Source: a virus
Lineage: Duplodnaviria > Heunggongvirae > Uroviricota > Caudoviricetes
DNA length: 6,571 nt
Virus record (IMG/VR): IMGVR_UViG_2563366935_000003
Direction: 5' to 3' (one strand)
The position numbers and the translations under genes are program-made. How positions within the stretch are numbered: position 1 is the first letter of the stretch; each line of letters starts with the position of its first letter. Positions 1 through 6,110 of the stretch are shown here, in pieces. A model generated the notes under the pieces. The model made no database searches, was not told the origin of the DNA, and saw only the letters and a program-made list of their open reading frames with translations.

Positions 1-53
1 AAGCAGAAAAAGCTTATTATGCTTCCATCGGAAACGATGATCTGGCAGCCTGA
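1..53 (+). CDS. IS629 transposase OrfB, C-terminal fragment (partial at window start)
   Basis: Same frame and sequence as the C-terminus of the 296-aa OrfB at 3503-4393 (...[16 protein letters not shown]); stop TGA at 51-53. Confidence 0.85.
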   Translation, partial: AEKAYYASIGNDDLAA

Positions 54-95
54 GTTCACAGATAAAACACTCTCCAGGAAACCCGGGGCGGTTCA
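1..95 (+). mobile_element. IS629 (IS3 family) 3'-terminal fragment, truncated by the window edge; ends with the right inverted repeat ...GGAAACCCGGGGCGGTTCA
   Basis: Bases 1-95 are identical to 4341-4435 of the complete copy in this window; the terminal IR ends at 95. Confidence 0.9.
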
Positions 96-350
96 TCTAA
101 AATTGCTATACTATTCATGTTGGTTTTTCTCCACGGATTTACCGACAACCGAAGCCCTGACTGTTCCAGCAGTTGGGGCTTCACTGTTTTGATTTCTTTG
201 CCGCATCAAGCATCACTTCTGAAAACGTGCGCTTGCCACTGAATACTCTTTCTCTTCTCAATTTTTCGTTCGTGCCAAATGATTCGCCATGAACAAAATT
301 TGGTCTTAAAATGGTAATCGCAATCTCTTTGACTACTGCATCCAAGCGAA

Positions 351-503
351 TCACACCGTTACCCCCTCTCTCTTCAGGCTGTCTATCAGGCGCTTGATAA
401 CCTCTGAGTTAAACGACCTGCACTCTTCCTTTGCCCTGCTACCGATAGCATCCTTTAACGACTGCGGCATCCTTACCAAAATCTTACTTATTTCTTTCTC
501 CAT
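351..503 (-). CDS. Arc-like ribbon-helix-helix transcriptional repressor (50 aa)
   Basis: Translation MEKEISKILVRMPQSLKDAIGSRAKEECRSFNSEVIKRLIDSLKREGVTV follows the Arc/MetJ RHH pattern (basic beta-strand RMP..L, then ..GRS.NSE.. helix), recalled resemblance to P22 Arc. ATG at 503 is preceded by a strong SD (GGAGGG, about 5-nt spacing); the longer track ORF to 539 begins at a TTG with no RBS. Confidence 0.7.
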   Translation of the reverse strand: MEKEISKILVRMPQSLKDAIGSRAKEECRSFNSEVIKRLIDSLKREGVTV

Positions 504-539
504 GTTACCCTCCACGCAAACAACTCTTTTCGAATACAA

Positions 540-568
540 AAGATAGCAAAGTGAGTATATCTAGTCAA
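540..568 (-). promoter_or_regulatory. Candidate sigma70 promoter for the Arc-like gene: -35 TTGACT (568-563), 17-nt spacer, -10 TATCTT (545-540)
   Basis: Read from the minus strand; hexamers close to consensus with canonical spacing, about 35 nt upstream of the start codon at 503; the -10 overlaps the left arm of the inverted repeat. Confidence 0.35.
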
Positions 569-593
569 AATTTTTTTGCATACACTTTGCTAT
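543..593. promoter_or_regulatory. Perfect 11-bp inverted repeat ATAGCAAAGTG (543-553) / CACTTTGCTAT (583-593), candidate operator in the divergent intergenic region
   Basis: Exact reverse complements separated by 29 bp, centred between two divergent RHH repressor genes; RHH repressors of this type bind palindromic operators. Confidence 0.45.
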
Positions 594-617
594 CAAATTG
601 AATACCAAAGGTGTTAT

Positions 618-866
618 ATGGCAAAGGGTGTGTCAATTTCTCCAACTACGGTAAGAATCCCTGAATCTTTACGCGAGGCTCTTGCTGTCAGAGCATCAAA
701 AAATGGTCGCTCTGTTAACTCCGAGATCGTCATGATTTTGCAAGCCGCGATTGATGAAGATAGGTCGCCAAAGTCAGTTGAGTCATTTGCTCAGCAAGAA
801 GCTGATAAATTCAAAGAGGCGCTACTTGAGACGCTAAAGACCATGTATGCTAAGGATGAAAAATAA
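618..866 (+). CDS. Mnt-like ribbon-helix-helix repressor (82 aa) with C-terminal helical extension
   Basis: MAKGVSISPTTVRIPESLREALAVRASKNGRSVNSEIVMILQAAI... carries the RHH core (NGRSVNSE) and a C-terminal helical tail (FKEALLETLKTMYAKDEK) like the Mnt tetramerisation helix; length matches Mnt (about 83 aa). ATG at 618; the upstream track extension starts at TTG. Stop overlaps the next start (TAATG). Confidence 0.7.
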   Translation: MAKGVSISPTTVRIPESLREALAVRASKNGRSVNSEIVMILQAAIDEDRSPKSVESFAQQEADKFKEALLETLKTMYAKDEK

Positions 867-1402
867 TGCTGCACACAATTCATTTCTTATGCCCTGTTAA
901 CACTGCCACTGTTGGGCAACTTCAGAACCACTGTCTCACCGCATTATCTCAAGGCGCAACTGAATTAAATATCCATATATCAAGTCAGGGAGGGGAAACT
1001 GCTGCTGGCTTTACTGCGTATAACTTTCTTAAGTCACTCCCTGTTACCGTTAGAACTCACAACATAAGCAATGTTGAATCCATAGCTAATATCGTTTTCC
1101 TGGCTGGCTCAGAACGTTTCGCAAACCCATTATCAAGATTCCTGTTACATCCTCTATTATGGTGCTTTGCCTCCCCAGCCGCCGACCATGCCAGATTGAG
1201 AGAGTACGGGAAATGCCTCGATAACGATCTTGATCGCTTCGTTGAGACGTTCAATATCGACATCGGAACCCATATTAGGTGGGCATCCCTGATAGCAGAC
1301 TCGACCATTTTGGATGCTAACAAGGCTCTTGAGCATGGCATAATTAATTCCATAAAAACTGCAAGGCTGGCATCCAATCAGGCAAACTGGTGGGTTGTTT
1401 GA
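866..1402 (+). CDS. ClpP-family (peptidase S14-like) serine protease paralog, 178 aa
   Basis: Collinear with ClpP core motifs: ISSQGG vs INSPGG, a Ser 29 residues after the GG (VESIA vs GQAASMG), His in RFLLHPL vs RVMIHQP, Asp in ADSTI vs ERDRF, and C-terminal EHGIINSI vs EYGLVDSI. Translationally coupled to the Mnt-like gene. Confidence 0.65.
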   Translation: MLHTIHFLCPVNTATVGQLQNHCLTALSQGATELNIHISSQGGETAAGFTAYNFLKSLPVTVRTHNISNVESIANIVFLAGSERFANPLSRFLLHPLLWCFASPAADHARLREYGKCLDNDLDRFVETFNIDIGTHIRWASLIADSTILDANKALEHGIINSIKTARLASNQANWWVV

Positions 1403-1427
1403 TGGGTAAATCATGATTACTCCTTAT

Positions 1428-1453
1428 AAAAAACCCACCTGACGGTGGGTTTA
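1428..1453. terminator. Bidirectional rho-independent terminator between convergent genes
   Basis: Perfect 9-bp stem AAACCCACC (1431-1439) / GGTGGGTTT (1444-1452) with loop TGAC, A-run upstream and T-run downstream; lies between the 3' ends of the ClpP-like gene (+) and the YafO-like gene (-). Confidence 0.6.
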
Positions 1454-1900
1454 GTCAAACATAGTGTTTCTAAAGTCTCTCGCATACCCTGCTAACACTC
1501 TCATTCTATTATGATTGTTAGCAGACATGTGAGCTACAGGATGAAAAAGAGCAATCAATGAATACCTGTTCTCATCAAAAAGATTTTGTGCATAAACGAG
1601 AGCGGTATTGGATGTTTTATGCCACTGCAACTTTTGCGGTGTGCTGATATCTGTGCCATTTTTTATTGGCTCAAATTTATTTTCACCAATTGCTAAATGA
1701 AGGTGCATAAGGCCTGCATCTTCAATATCAGGAGGTCGATGATAAGAGGTGTCTCTGCCAAAATAGCTGGGCAACGTTCCCGTAGACTTGTAGATGATAA
1801 AATCATCTACAAGTGTTTGTTTTAAATCAGGAAACTCAACAAAAACCGGGGAGAAAAAATAGTCAAAACTATCCTGATTATATTCCACGGTTACTTGCAT
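1451..1900 (-). CDS. YafO-family toxin-like protein (putative ribosome-dependent mRNA interferase), 149 aa
   Basis: Motifs DFIIYKSTGTLPSYFGRD, HLHLA, ALVYAQNLFDE, SLIALFHP and the C-terminal ANNHNRM...FR align collinearly with my recollection of E. coli YafO. ATG at 1900 with SD GAGGT; 8 nt downstream of the preceding gene's stop. Confidence 0.55.
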   Translation of the reverse strand: MQVTVEYNQDSFDYFFSPVFVEFPDLKQTLVDDFIIYKSTGTLPSYFGRDTSYHRPPDIEDAGLMHLHLAIGENKFEPIKNGTDISTPQKLQWHKTSNTALVYAQNLFDENRYSLIALFHPVAHMSANNHNRMRVLAGYARDFRNTMFD

Positions 1901-1908
1901 GTTTTACC

Positions 1909-2475
1909 TCAGTGGAAGTTACCAGAGTGAAACACACGAGTCCCGTGCTCAGCAAGCGCACGCAAACCAGCCATATCTACGGAACTATCAAAAACAACCG
2001 GAACACATGAGCGTTGTTTAATAAGACTATTCAGGTTGGTTACGGCAGATCTGGCATCAGCAACAACGATATAGATATCTCTTGCGATCTCTTTAAAATC
2101 AGCAGAAGCTTCTTTGAATACCGATTTCATTGCCCCTTCAAGTCCTCTCAATTGATGCTCTATCAATCGAGACTTTTCTGGTTCAATGATAGACAACACA
2201 TTGTCTACATTCTCATCGGTAGCGTTTGCAAGAACACGATAAGCGTATTTCAGCATTCGAGACAATTCTTTAATCGAAGACACCGCCTCATGAAGCTCAT
2301 CATTAGCCCGTTCACTGCTGAATGAGGATTGATGGTAAGCGTGCTGAACGTTATCAGTAACAACCACCTCACAACTGAACGCAGAAGCTTGCTGTAATAG
2401 CAAACCTATTGCGACTCCAGCTTTGGCAGCGTTCAAGCTAAACATTTCATCAATCCCATTAGTCTCATTGCTCAT
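1909..2475 (-). CDS. Hypothetical protein (188 aa), first gene of the operon with the YafO-like toxin; candidate non-canonical antitoxin or partner
   Basis: ATG at 2475 preceded by a near-perfect SD (AAGAAGGAGG); the track ORF start at 2505 is a TTG without RBS. No recognisable domain; sequence composition suggests a mostly helical soluble protein. Confidence 0.6.
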   Translation of the reverse strand: MSNETNGIDEMFSLNAAKAGVAIGLLLQQASAFSCEVVVTDNVQHAYHQSSFSSERANDELHEAVSSIKELSRMLKYAYRVLANATDENVDNVLSIIEPEKSRLIEHQLRGLEGAMKSVFKEASADFKEIARDIYIVVADARSAVTNLNSLIKQRSCVPVVFDSSVDMAGLRALAEHGTRVFHSGNFH

Positions 2476-2650
2476 ACAAACCTCCTTCTTATCGGAGATT
2501 ATCAATAGCTATGCATCCATTGAATACACGCTATGCGCAATAAGTTTACGTCACGTGATATCATTATGCAACCACCGTTCTATCACCGACTAACTTTACT
2601 CCCACTCCTATACATCATCTGGTATCCTGCGCAAAACTAAGGAGGTTGGT

Positions 2651-3001
2651 GTGAATGCTCAGTCTGTCATCATGGTTTTCCTTGGGCTGATTGTCGCAAA
2701 ACTATATCCAGACTGGTGGAAAGGGGCATTAGCTACTGTCGCCATCTATTTGCTTTTATCCATCGTTAAGCGATCACTCGCTGAGACCGTAAATCAAGCA
2801 AAACGTTTCTCATTTAAGAGTTTAATAAACTATGTTACTGGGCTTATTTTTTGCCTTTCAATTCTGATCGCTTCGGCTTTTTTGCCCGTATCAATAGCTA
2901 ATTTTTTTGGCGCACCATATGAGGTAGGTTATCTATTCTCTGTTTCCTGTCTTGCCATTGCTCTTCTTTACCTGTGGACGAGATCAAAGAATAAAAATTA
3001 G
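2651..3001 (+). CDS. Small polytopic inner-membrane protein (116 aa, about 4 predicted TM helices), function unknown
   Basis: GTG start 5 nt after a strong SD (TAAGGAGG, 2638-2645); four hydrophobic stretches (SVIMVFLGLIVAKL, ALATVAIYLLLSIV, LINYVTGLIFCLSILIASAFL, GYLFSVSCLAIALLYLW) and a basic C-terminus. Confidence 0.6.
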   Translation: MNAQSVIMVFLGLIVAKLYPDWWKGALATVAIYLLLSIVKRSLAETVNQAKRFSFKSLINYVTGLIFCLSILIASAFLPVSIANFFGAPYEVGYLFSVSCLAIALLYLWTRSKNKN

Positions 3002-3125
3002 CCATCCGTGGCTGCCAGTTATTGAGCTTCTTTTTGTGATGCCTGTGCGACTCTGGTGAGCGATTGTGTGACCGTACTGATCGCTCTGTCATATGCTGTG
3101 CTACCTTTTGGCGTATTTGCCAGAC

Positions 3126-3150
3126 TGAACCGCCCCGGGAATCCTGGAGA
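3126..3150. repeat. IS629 left terminal inverted repeat
   Basis: TGAACCGCCCCGGGAATCCTGGAGA is an imperfect inverted match to the right end at 4411-4435. Confidence 0.8.
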
Positions 3151-3179
3151 CTAAACTTCCTGAGAAAGAGGTAAACAGG

Positions 3180-3506
3180 ATGACTAAAAATACTCGTTTT
3201 TCCCCCGAAGTCCGTCAACGGGCAGTCCGTATGGTTCTGGAAAGTCAGAGCGAATATGACTCACAATGGGCGACAATTTGTTCCATTGCTCCAAAGATTG
3301 GCTGTACGCCGGAGACTCTGCGTGTCTGGGTTCGCCAGCATGAGCGGGATACCGGGGGCGGTGATGGAGGGCTCACCACCGCTGAACGTCAGCGTCTGAA
3401 AGAGCTGGAACGTGAAAAGCGTGAACTGCGCCGCAGTAACGATATCCTTCGCCAGGCTTCCGCTTATTTTGCGAAGGCGGAGTTCGACCGCCTCTGGAAA
3501 AAATGA
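3180..3506 (+). CDS. IS629 OrfA (108 aa; helix-turn-helix / leucine-zipper transposase subunit)
   Basis: [65 protein letters not shown]... is recognised as IS629/IS1203 OrfA; SD AGAGG upstream of the ATG. Confidence 0.9.
   Translation: MTKNTRFSPEVRQRAVRMVLESQSEYDSQWATICSIAPKIGCTPETLRVWVRQHERDTGGGDGGLTTAERQRLKELEREKRELRRSNDILRQASAYFAKAEFDRLWKK
3497..3503 (+). other. Candidate programmed -1 ribosomal frameshift site (A-run GAAAAAA) at the OrfA/OrfB overlap
   Basis: OrfB lies in the -1 frame relative to OrfA and overlaps it by 4 nt; six consecutive A (3498-3503) sit in the last two OrfA codons. IS3-family elements make an OrfAB fusion transposase by -1 slippage on A-rich heptamers. Confidence 0.4.
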
Positions 3507-4393
3507 TGCCACTGCTGGATAAGCTGCGTGAGCAGTACGGGGTCGGACCGCTATGCAGCGAACTGCATATTGCCCCGTCAACGTATTACCACTGTCAGCA
3601 ACAGCGACATCATCCGGATAAACGCAGTGCCCGTGCGCAGCGCGATGACTGGCTGAAGAAAGAGATACAGCGCGTATACGATGAAAATCACAAGGTATAC
3701 GGTGTGCGTAAAGTCTGGCGTCAGTTGTTACGGGAAGGTATCAGAGTGGCCAGATGCACTGTGGCACGTCTCATGGCGGTTATGGGACTTGCCGGTGTTC
3801 TCCGGGGTAAAAAGGTCCGTACGACCATCAGCCGGAAAGCCGTTGCCGCAGGCGACCGCGTAAACCGTCAGTTCGTGGCAGAACGACCTGACCAGCTGTG
3901 GGTGGCTGATTTTACTTACGTCAGCACATGGCGGGGCTTCGTCTATGTGGCGTTCATCATTGATGTGTTTGCCGGATACATCGTGGGGTGGCGGGTCTCA
4001 TCGTCCATGGAAACGACATTCGTGCTGGATGCACTGGAGCAGGCGTTATGGGCCCGTCGACCGTCCGGCACGGTCCATCACAGTGATAAAGGTTCTCAGT
4101 ATGTATCGCTGGCCTACACACAGCGGCTTAAGGAAGCCGGATTACTGGCATCAACAGGAAGTACAGGCGACTCGTATGACAACGCGATGGCGGAGAGCAT
4201 CAATGGTCTTTACAAAGCGGAGGTAATACACCGTAAGAGCTGGAAAAACCGTGCAGAAGTGGAACTGGCCACACTCACGTGGGTGGACTGGTATAACAAT
4301 CGACGATTGCTGGAAAGGCTGGGCCATACTCCTCCGGCAGAAGCAGAAAAAGCTTATTATGCTTCCATCGGAAACGATGATCTGGCAGCCTGA
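3503..4393 (+). CDS. IS629 OrfB (296 aa; DDE/RNase H-fold transposase catalytic domain)
   Basis: [30 protein letters not shown]... recognised as IS629 OrfB; IS3-family catalytic-core signatures are visible ([24 protein letters not shown]). Confidence 0.9.
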   Translation: MMPLLDKLREQYGVGPLCSELHIAPSTYYHCQQQRHHPDKRSARAQRDDWLKKEIQRVYDENHKVYGVRKVWRQLLREGIRVARCTVARLMAVMGLAGVLRGKKVRTTISRKAVAAGDRVNRQFVAERPDQLWVADFTYVSTWRGFVYVAFIIDVFAGYIVGWRVSSSMETTFVLDALEQALWARRPSGTVHHSDKGSQYVSLAYTQRLKEAGLLASTGSTGDSYDNAMAESINGLYKAEVIHRKSWKNRAEVELATLTWVDWYNNRRLLERLGHTPPAEAEKAYYASIGNDDLAA

Positions 4394-4410
4394 GTTCACA
4401 GATAAAACAC

Positions 4411-4435
4411 TCTCCAGGAAACCCGGGGCGGTTCA
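4411..4435. repeat. IS629 right terminal inverted repeat
   Basis: Reverse complement TGAACCGCCCCGGGTTTCCTGGAGA matches the left end. Confidence 0.8.
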
Positions 4436-5593
4436 CATGATGATTGAGTCTGCGTCCTGTTCAATGCTTCCTGAATCACGCAAATCTGCGTTTGTCGGGC
4501 GTTTGTTTGGTCGCTTCTCAACATCGCGTGAAAGCTGACTCAGGGAAATAACCGGTGTTTTCAGGTCTTTCGCCATCGCCTTCAGGCTTCCGGAGATGTG
4601 AGCAATTGCGAGGTCGTTGCGGTCTGCTTTCGGCTTCTCAATCAGGCCAAGATAATCCGCCATGATGAGTGAGAGGTTTGGATTTTCCTGTTTGTGCCGT
4701 TCTGCGATTGAGCGTATTTCTTCGACCGATAATCGCGAGGCATCGACTACCCATACATCCAAATCTGCAAGCTGACTCATGCCGTTAGCAACACGTGCCC
4801 AGCCCTCGTCATCCATCGATGCAGGATTTCGCAGTACGCTAACCGACATCCTCCCGGCGTTGGCAATGCTTCGCTCTGCAATCTGCAATGCGCTCATTTC
4901 CATTGAGAAAATCAATACCCCGCGCCGGACGTCAGAACCAGGAATAACGCGGCTTGCAACGCCTTCGGCAATCTTCAGCGCCAGTTCGGTTTTCCCCATA
5001 CCAGGACGAGCAGCGATTATCACCAGGTCTTCCGCGTTCATCCCTCCGGTGATGGCATCAAGTTCTTCGATTCCGGTCTTCAGGGTATCGGACTCTTCTC
5101 CGTTCCTCAGACGCCTGTCAAGCGTGTCAGTGTAGTCGGTGATGATTTCCCCTAACCGTACAGGTTTAACCTCGTCACGGGGCTTTCTGATGGCTGAGAG
5201 ACGTTTTACAAGTTCATCCATCGCCTGACTCGATGCGTCGATGGTTCCGCTTTGGATTGGTTCACGCATTTCATCCATGATTTCCAGCACCAGACGGCGG
5301 TGATAGTTATCCGCGACCATTCCGGCATATCCCTTCAGGTTTGCGGCGCTCGGGCAGTTTTTGCTGGTCATCAGGATTGACGTGAAATGCTCCTCTCCGC
5401 ACGCCTCGGCAACCATCAGCGCGTCGATTAGGTTTCTGTTTCTCGCCTGCTTCCGGATAACCTCGAAGGCTTTCCGGTAGAGCGGAATTGAAAACGCTTC
5501 CGGCTCCAGCGTTGCAAGAACGTCACTGGCGGTTGGAGTTAATCCACCAATCAGCAGGCCACCGATAACGCTCGCTTCGATATCCTGTCTCAT
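4433..5593 (-). pseudogene. Phage DnaB-like replicative helicase, 3'-truncated by IS629 (about 55-60 C-terminal residues missing)
   Basis: 386-aa translation with DnaB N-terminal domain, Walker A ([10 protein letters not shown]), Walker B (LIMADYLGL) and the motif [32 protein letters not shown]. Reading frame stops only 3 codons after EQDAD, using the TGA formed by the IS629 terminus (4433-4435), where E. coli DnaB has about 55 more residues. Confidence 0.85.
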
Positions 5594-5947
5594 GCAATCC
5601 CCCTGTCTGCAAACTTCCCTTCCCGAACTCCCGTTAACGAGTCTTCTCTCAGCAGGTAATCAAAATCAGCCGTCCAGCCCGTGTCGTTGTCTCCGAAGTA
5701 AAACGGCTTGGCCTGATGCACAAACGCCCTGACATACGCTCTGAAACCGTCCACGTTTGGCGTTTTCAGTTGCGGGATGATTTTCTTCAGGCGGCGTTTT
5801 CGTTTCTCGTTGACCGCAACAGCGTGTGGCAGTCTGTCACCGACTTCGGTGTTGTAGGCGTTCAGGAAGGATTCGTAGTCGATTCGTTCTGCCTTGCGAC
5901 GTTCAGGTTTAACCTGCCCATCGCCTCCCCCATTGGGGGGTAGGGGG

Positions 5948-5975
5948 GTATTATTTATATTCTTGTTAATACCTT
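5948..5975. other. AT-rich stretch adjacent to the iterons (candidate DNA-unwinding element), next to a G/C-rich near-palindrome CCCCCATTGGGGGG (5926-5939)
   Basis: attatttatattcttgttaatacc is strongly AT-rich relative to its surroundings and lies immediately downstream of the iterons in the gene's direction, mirroring ori-lambda organisation. Confidence 0.4.
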
Positions 5976-5980
5976 CTTGT

Positions 5981-6110
5981 TCATGATGTGCGGTTGTTTG
6001 TGCGGCTTCATGTGCGCTTTCATGTGCGGCATGTACGCTGAAAGCCGCGCTATTGCTGGCTTCATCATGTGCGGCATCATGTGCGGTTGTTTGTGCGGCT
6101 TCATGTGCGG
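5981..6110. repeat. Iteron array (candidate phage replication origin): about 8 copies of a 12-bp unit, consensus yTTCATGTGCGG, in two clusters; includes an exact 31-bp duplication (5986-6016 and 6079-6109)
   Basis: Directly visible tandem periodicity: tgtgcggttgtt / tgtgcggcttca / tgtgcgctttca / tgtgcggcatgt ... catgtgcggcatca / tgtgcggttgtt / tgtgcggcttca / tgtgcggg. Lies inside the initiator gene, as ori-lambda lies inside O. Confidence 0.6.

Larger units (their letters stand above)
3126..4435 (+). mobile_element. Complete IS629 (IS3 family), 1310 bp
   Basis: Starts TGAACCGCCCCGGGAATCCTGGAGA and ends TCTCCAGGAAACCCGGGGCGGTTCA (imperfect terminal IRs of about 25 bp); encodes the characteristic 108-aa OrfA and 296-aa OrfB in -1 frame relation; length matches IS629. 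Confidence 0.92.

Noticed and set aside
165-190. Possible short hairpin CAGT...ACTG followed by TTTT as a terminator
   Set aside because: The stem is only 4 bp with a 9-nt loop; too weak to call an intrinsic terminator.
118-246. 42-aa plus-strand ORF (MLVFLHGFTDNRSPDCSSSWGFTVLISLPHQASLLKTCACH)
   Set aside because: No RBS, low-complexity translation and no recognisable family; likely noncoding sequence. Kept only as part of the remnant-region observation.
504-617. Long N-terminal extensions of the two RHH genes (track ORFs 351-539 and 576-866)
   Set aside because: Both extensions begin at TTG codons with no Shine-Dalgarno, whereas the internal ATGs (503 and 618) have good RBSs and give lengths matching Arc and Mnt; the extensions would also run through the shared promoter/operator region.
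1057-1414. Two minus-strand ORFs (106 and 85 aa) inside the ClpP-like gene
   Set aside because: Antisense to a gene with clear homology and translational coupling, with no RBS; typical shadow ORFs.
1813-2325. Plus-strand ORFs of 65 and 103 aa overlapping the YafO-like operon
   Set aside because: Antisense to two well-supported minus-strand genes with good RBSs; no start signals of their own.
2898-3581. Minus-strand ORFs (2898-3218, 3261-3581) overlapping the membrane gene end and IS629 OrfA
   Set aside because: They run antisense through the IS629 left end and OrfA, which are known coding and terminal sequences; spurious.
3681-4399. ORFs at 3681-3863 (+), 3945-4226 (+) and 4151-4399 (-) inside OrfB
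   Set aside because: Alternative frames or antisense of the IS629 transposase gene; not independent genes.
4251-4538. 95-aa ORF reading out of the IS629 right end into flanking DNA (the same 62-aa N-terminus recurs at 6297-6539 on the minus strand)
   Set aside because: It is an alternative frame of the OrfB 3' end that happens to stay open across the IR; the shared N-terminus is just the duplicated IS sequence, and there is no RBS or coding signal.
4779-5135. 118-aa plus-strand ORF inside the helicase gene
   Set aside because: Antisense to the DnaB-like helicase, Ser/Pro/Ala-rich low-complexity translation typical of antisense reading of a GC-rich gene.
5716-5943. 75-aa plus-strand ORF inside the initiator gene
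   Set aside because: Antisense to the initiator C-terminal domain; no RBS.
5981-6110. Possible CRISPR array, because of short direct repeats
   Set aside because: Units are only about 12 bp, imperfect, with no spacer-like unique segments of uniform length, and they lie inside an O-like initiator coding sequence; iterons explain them better.
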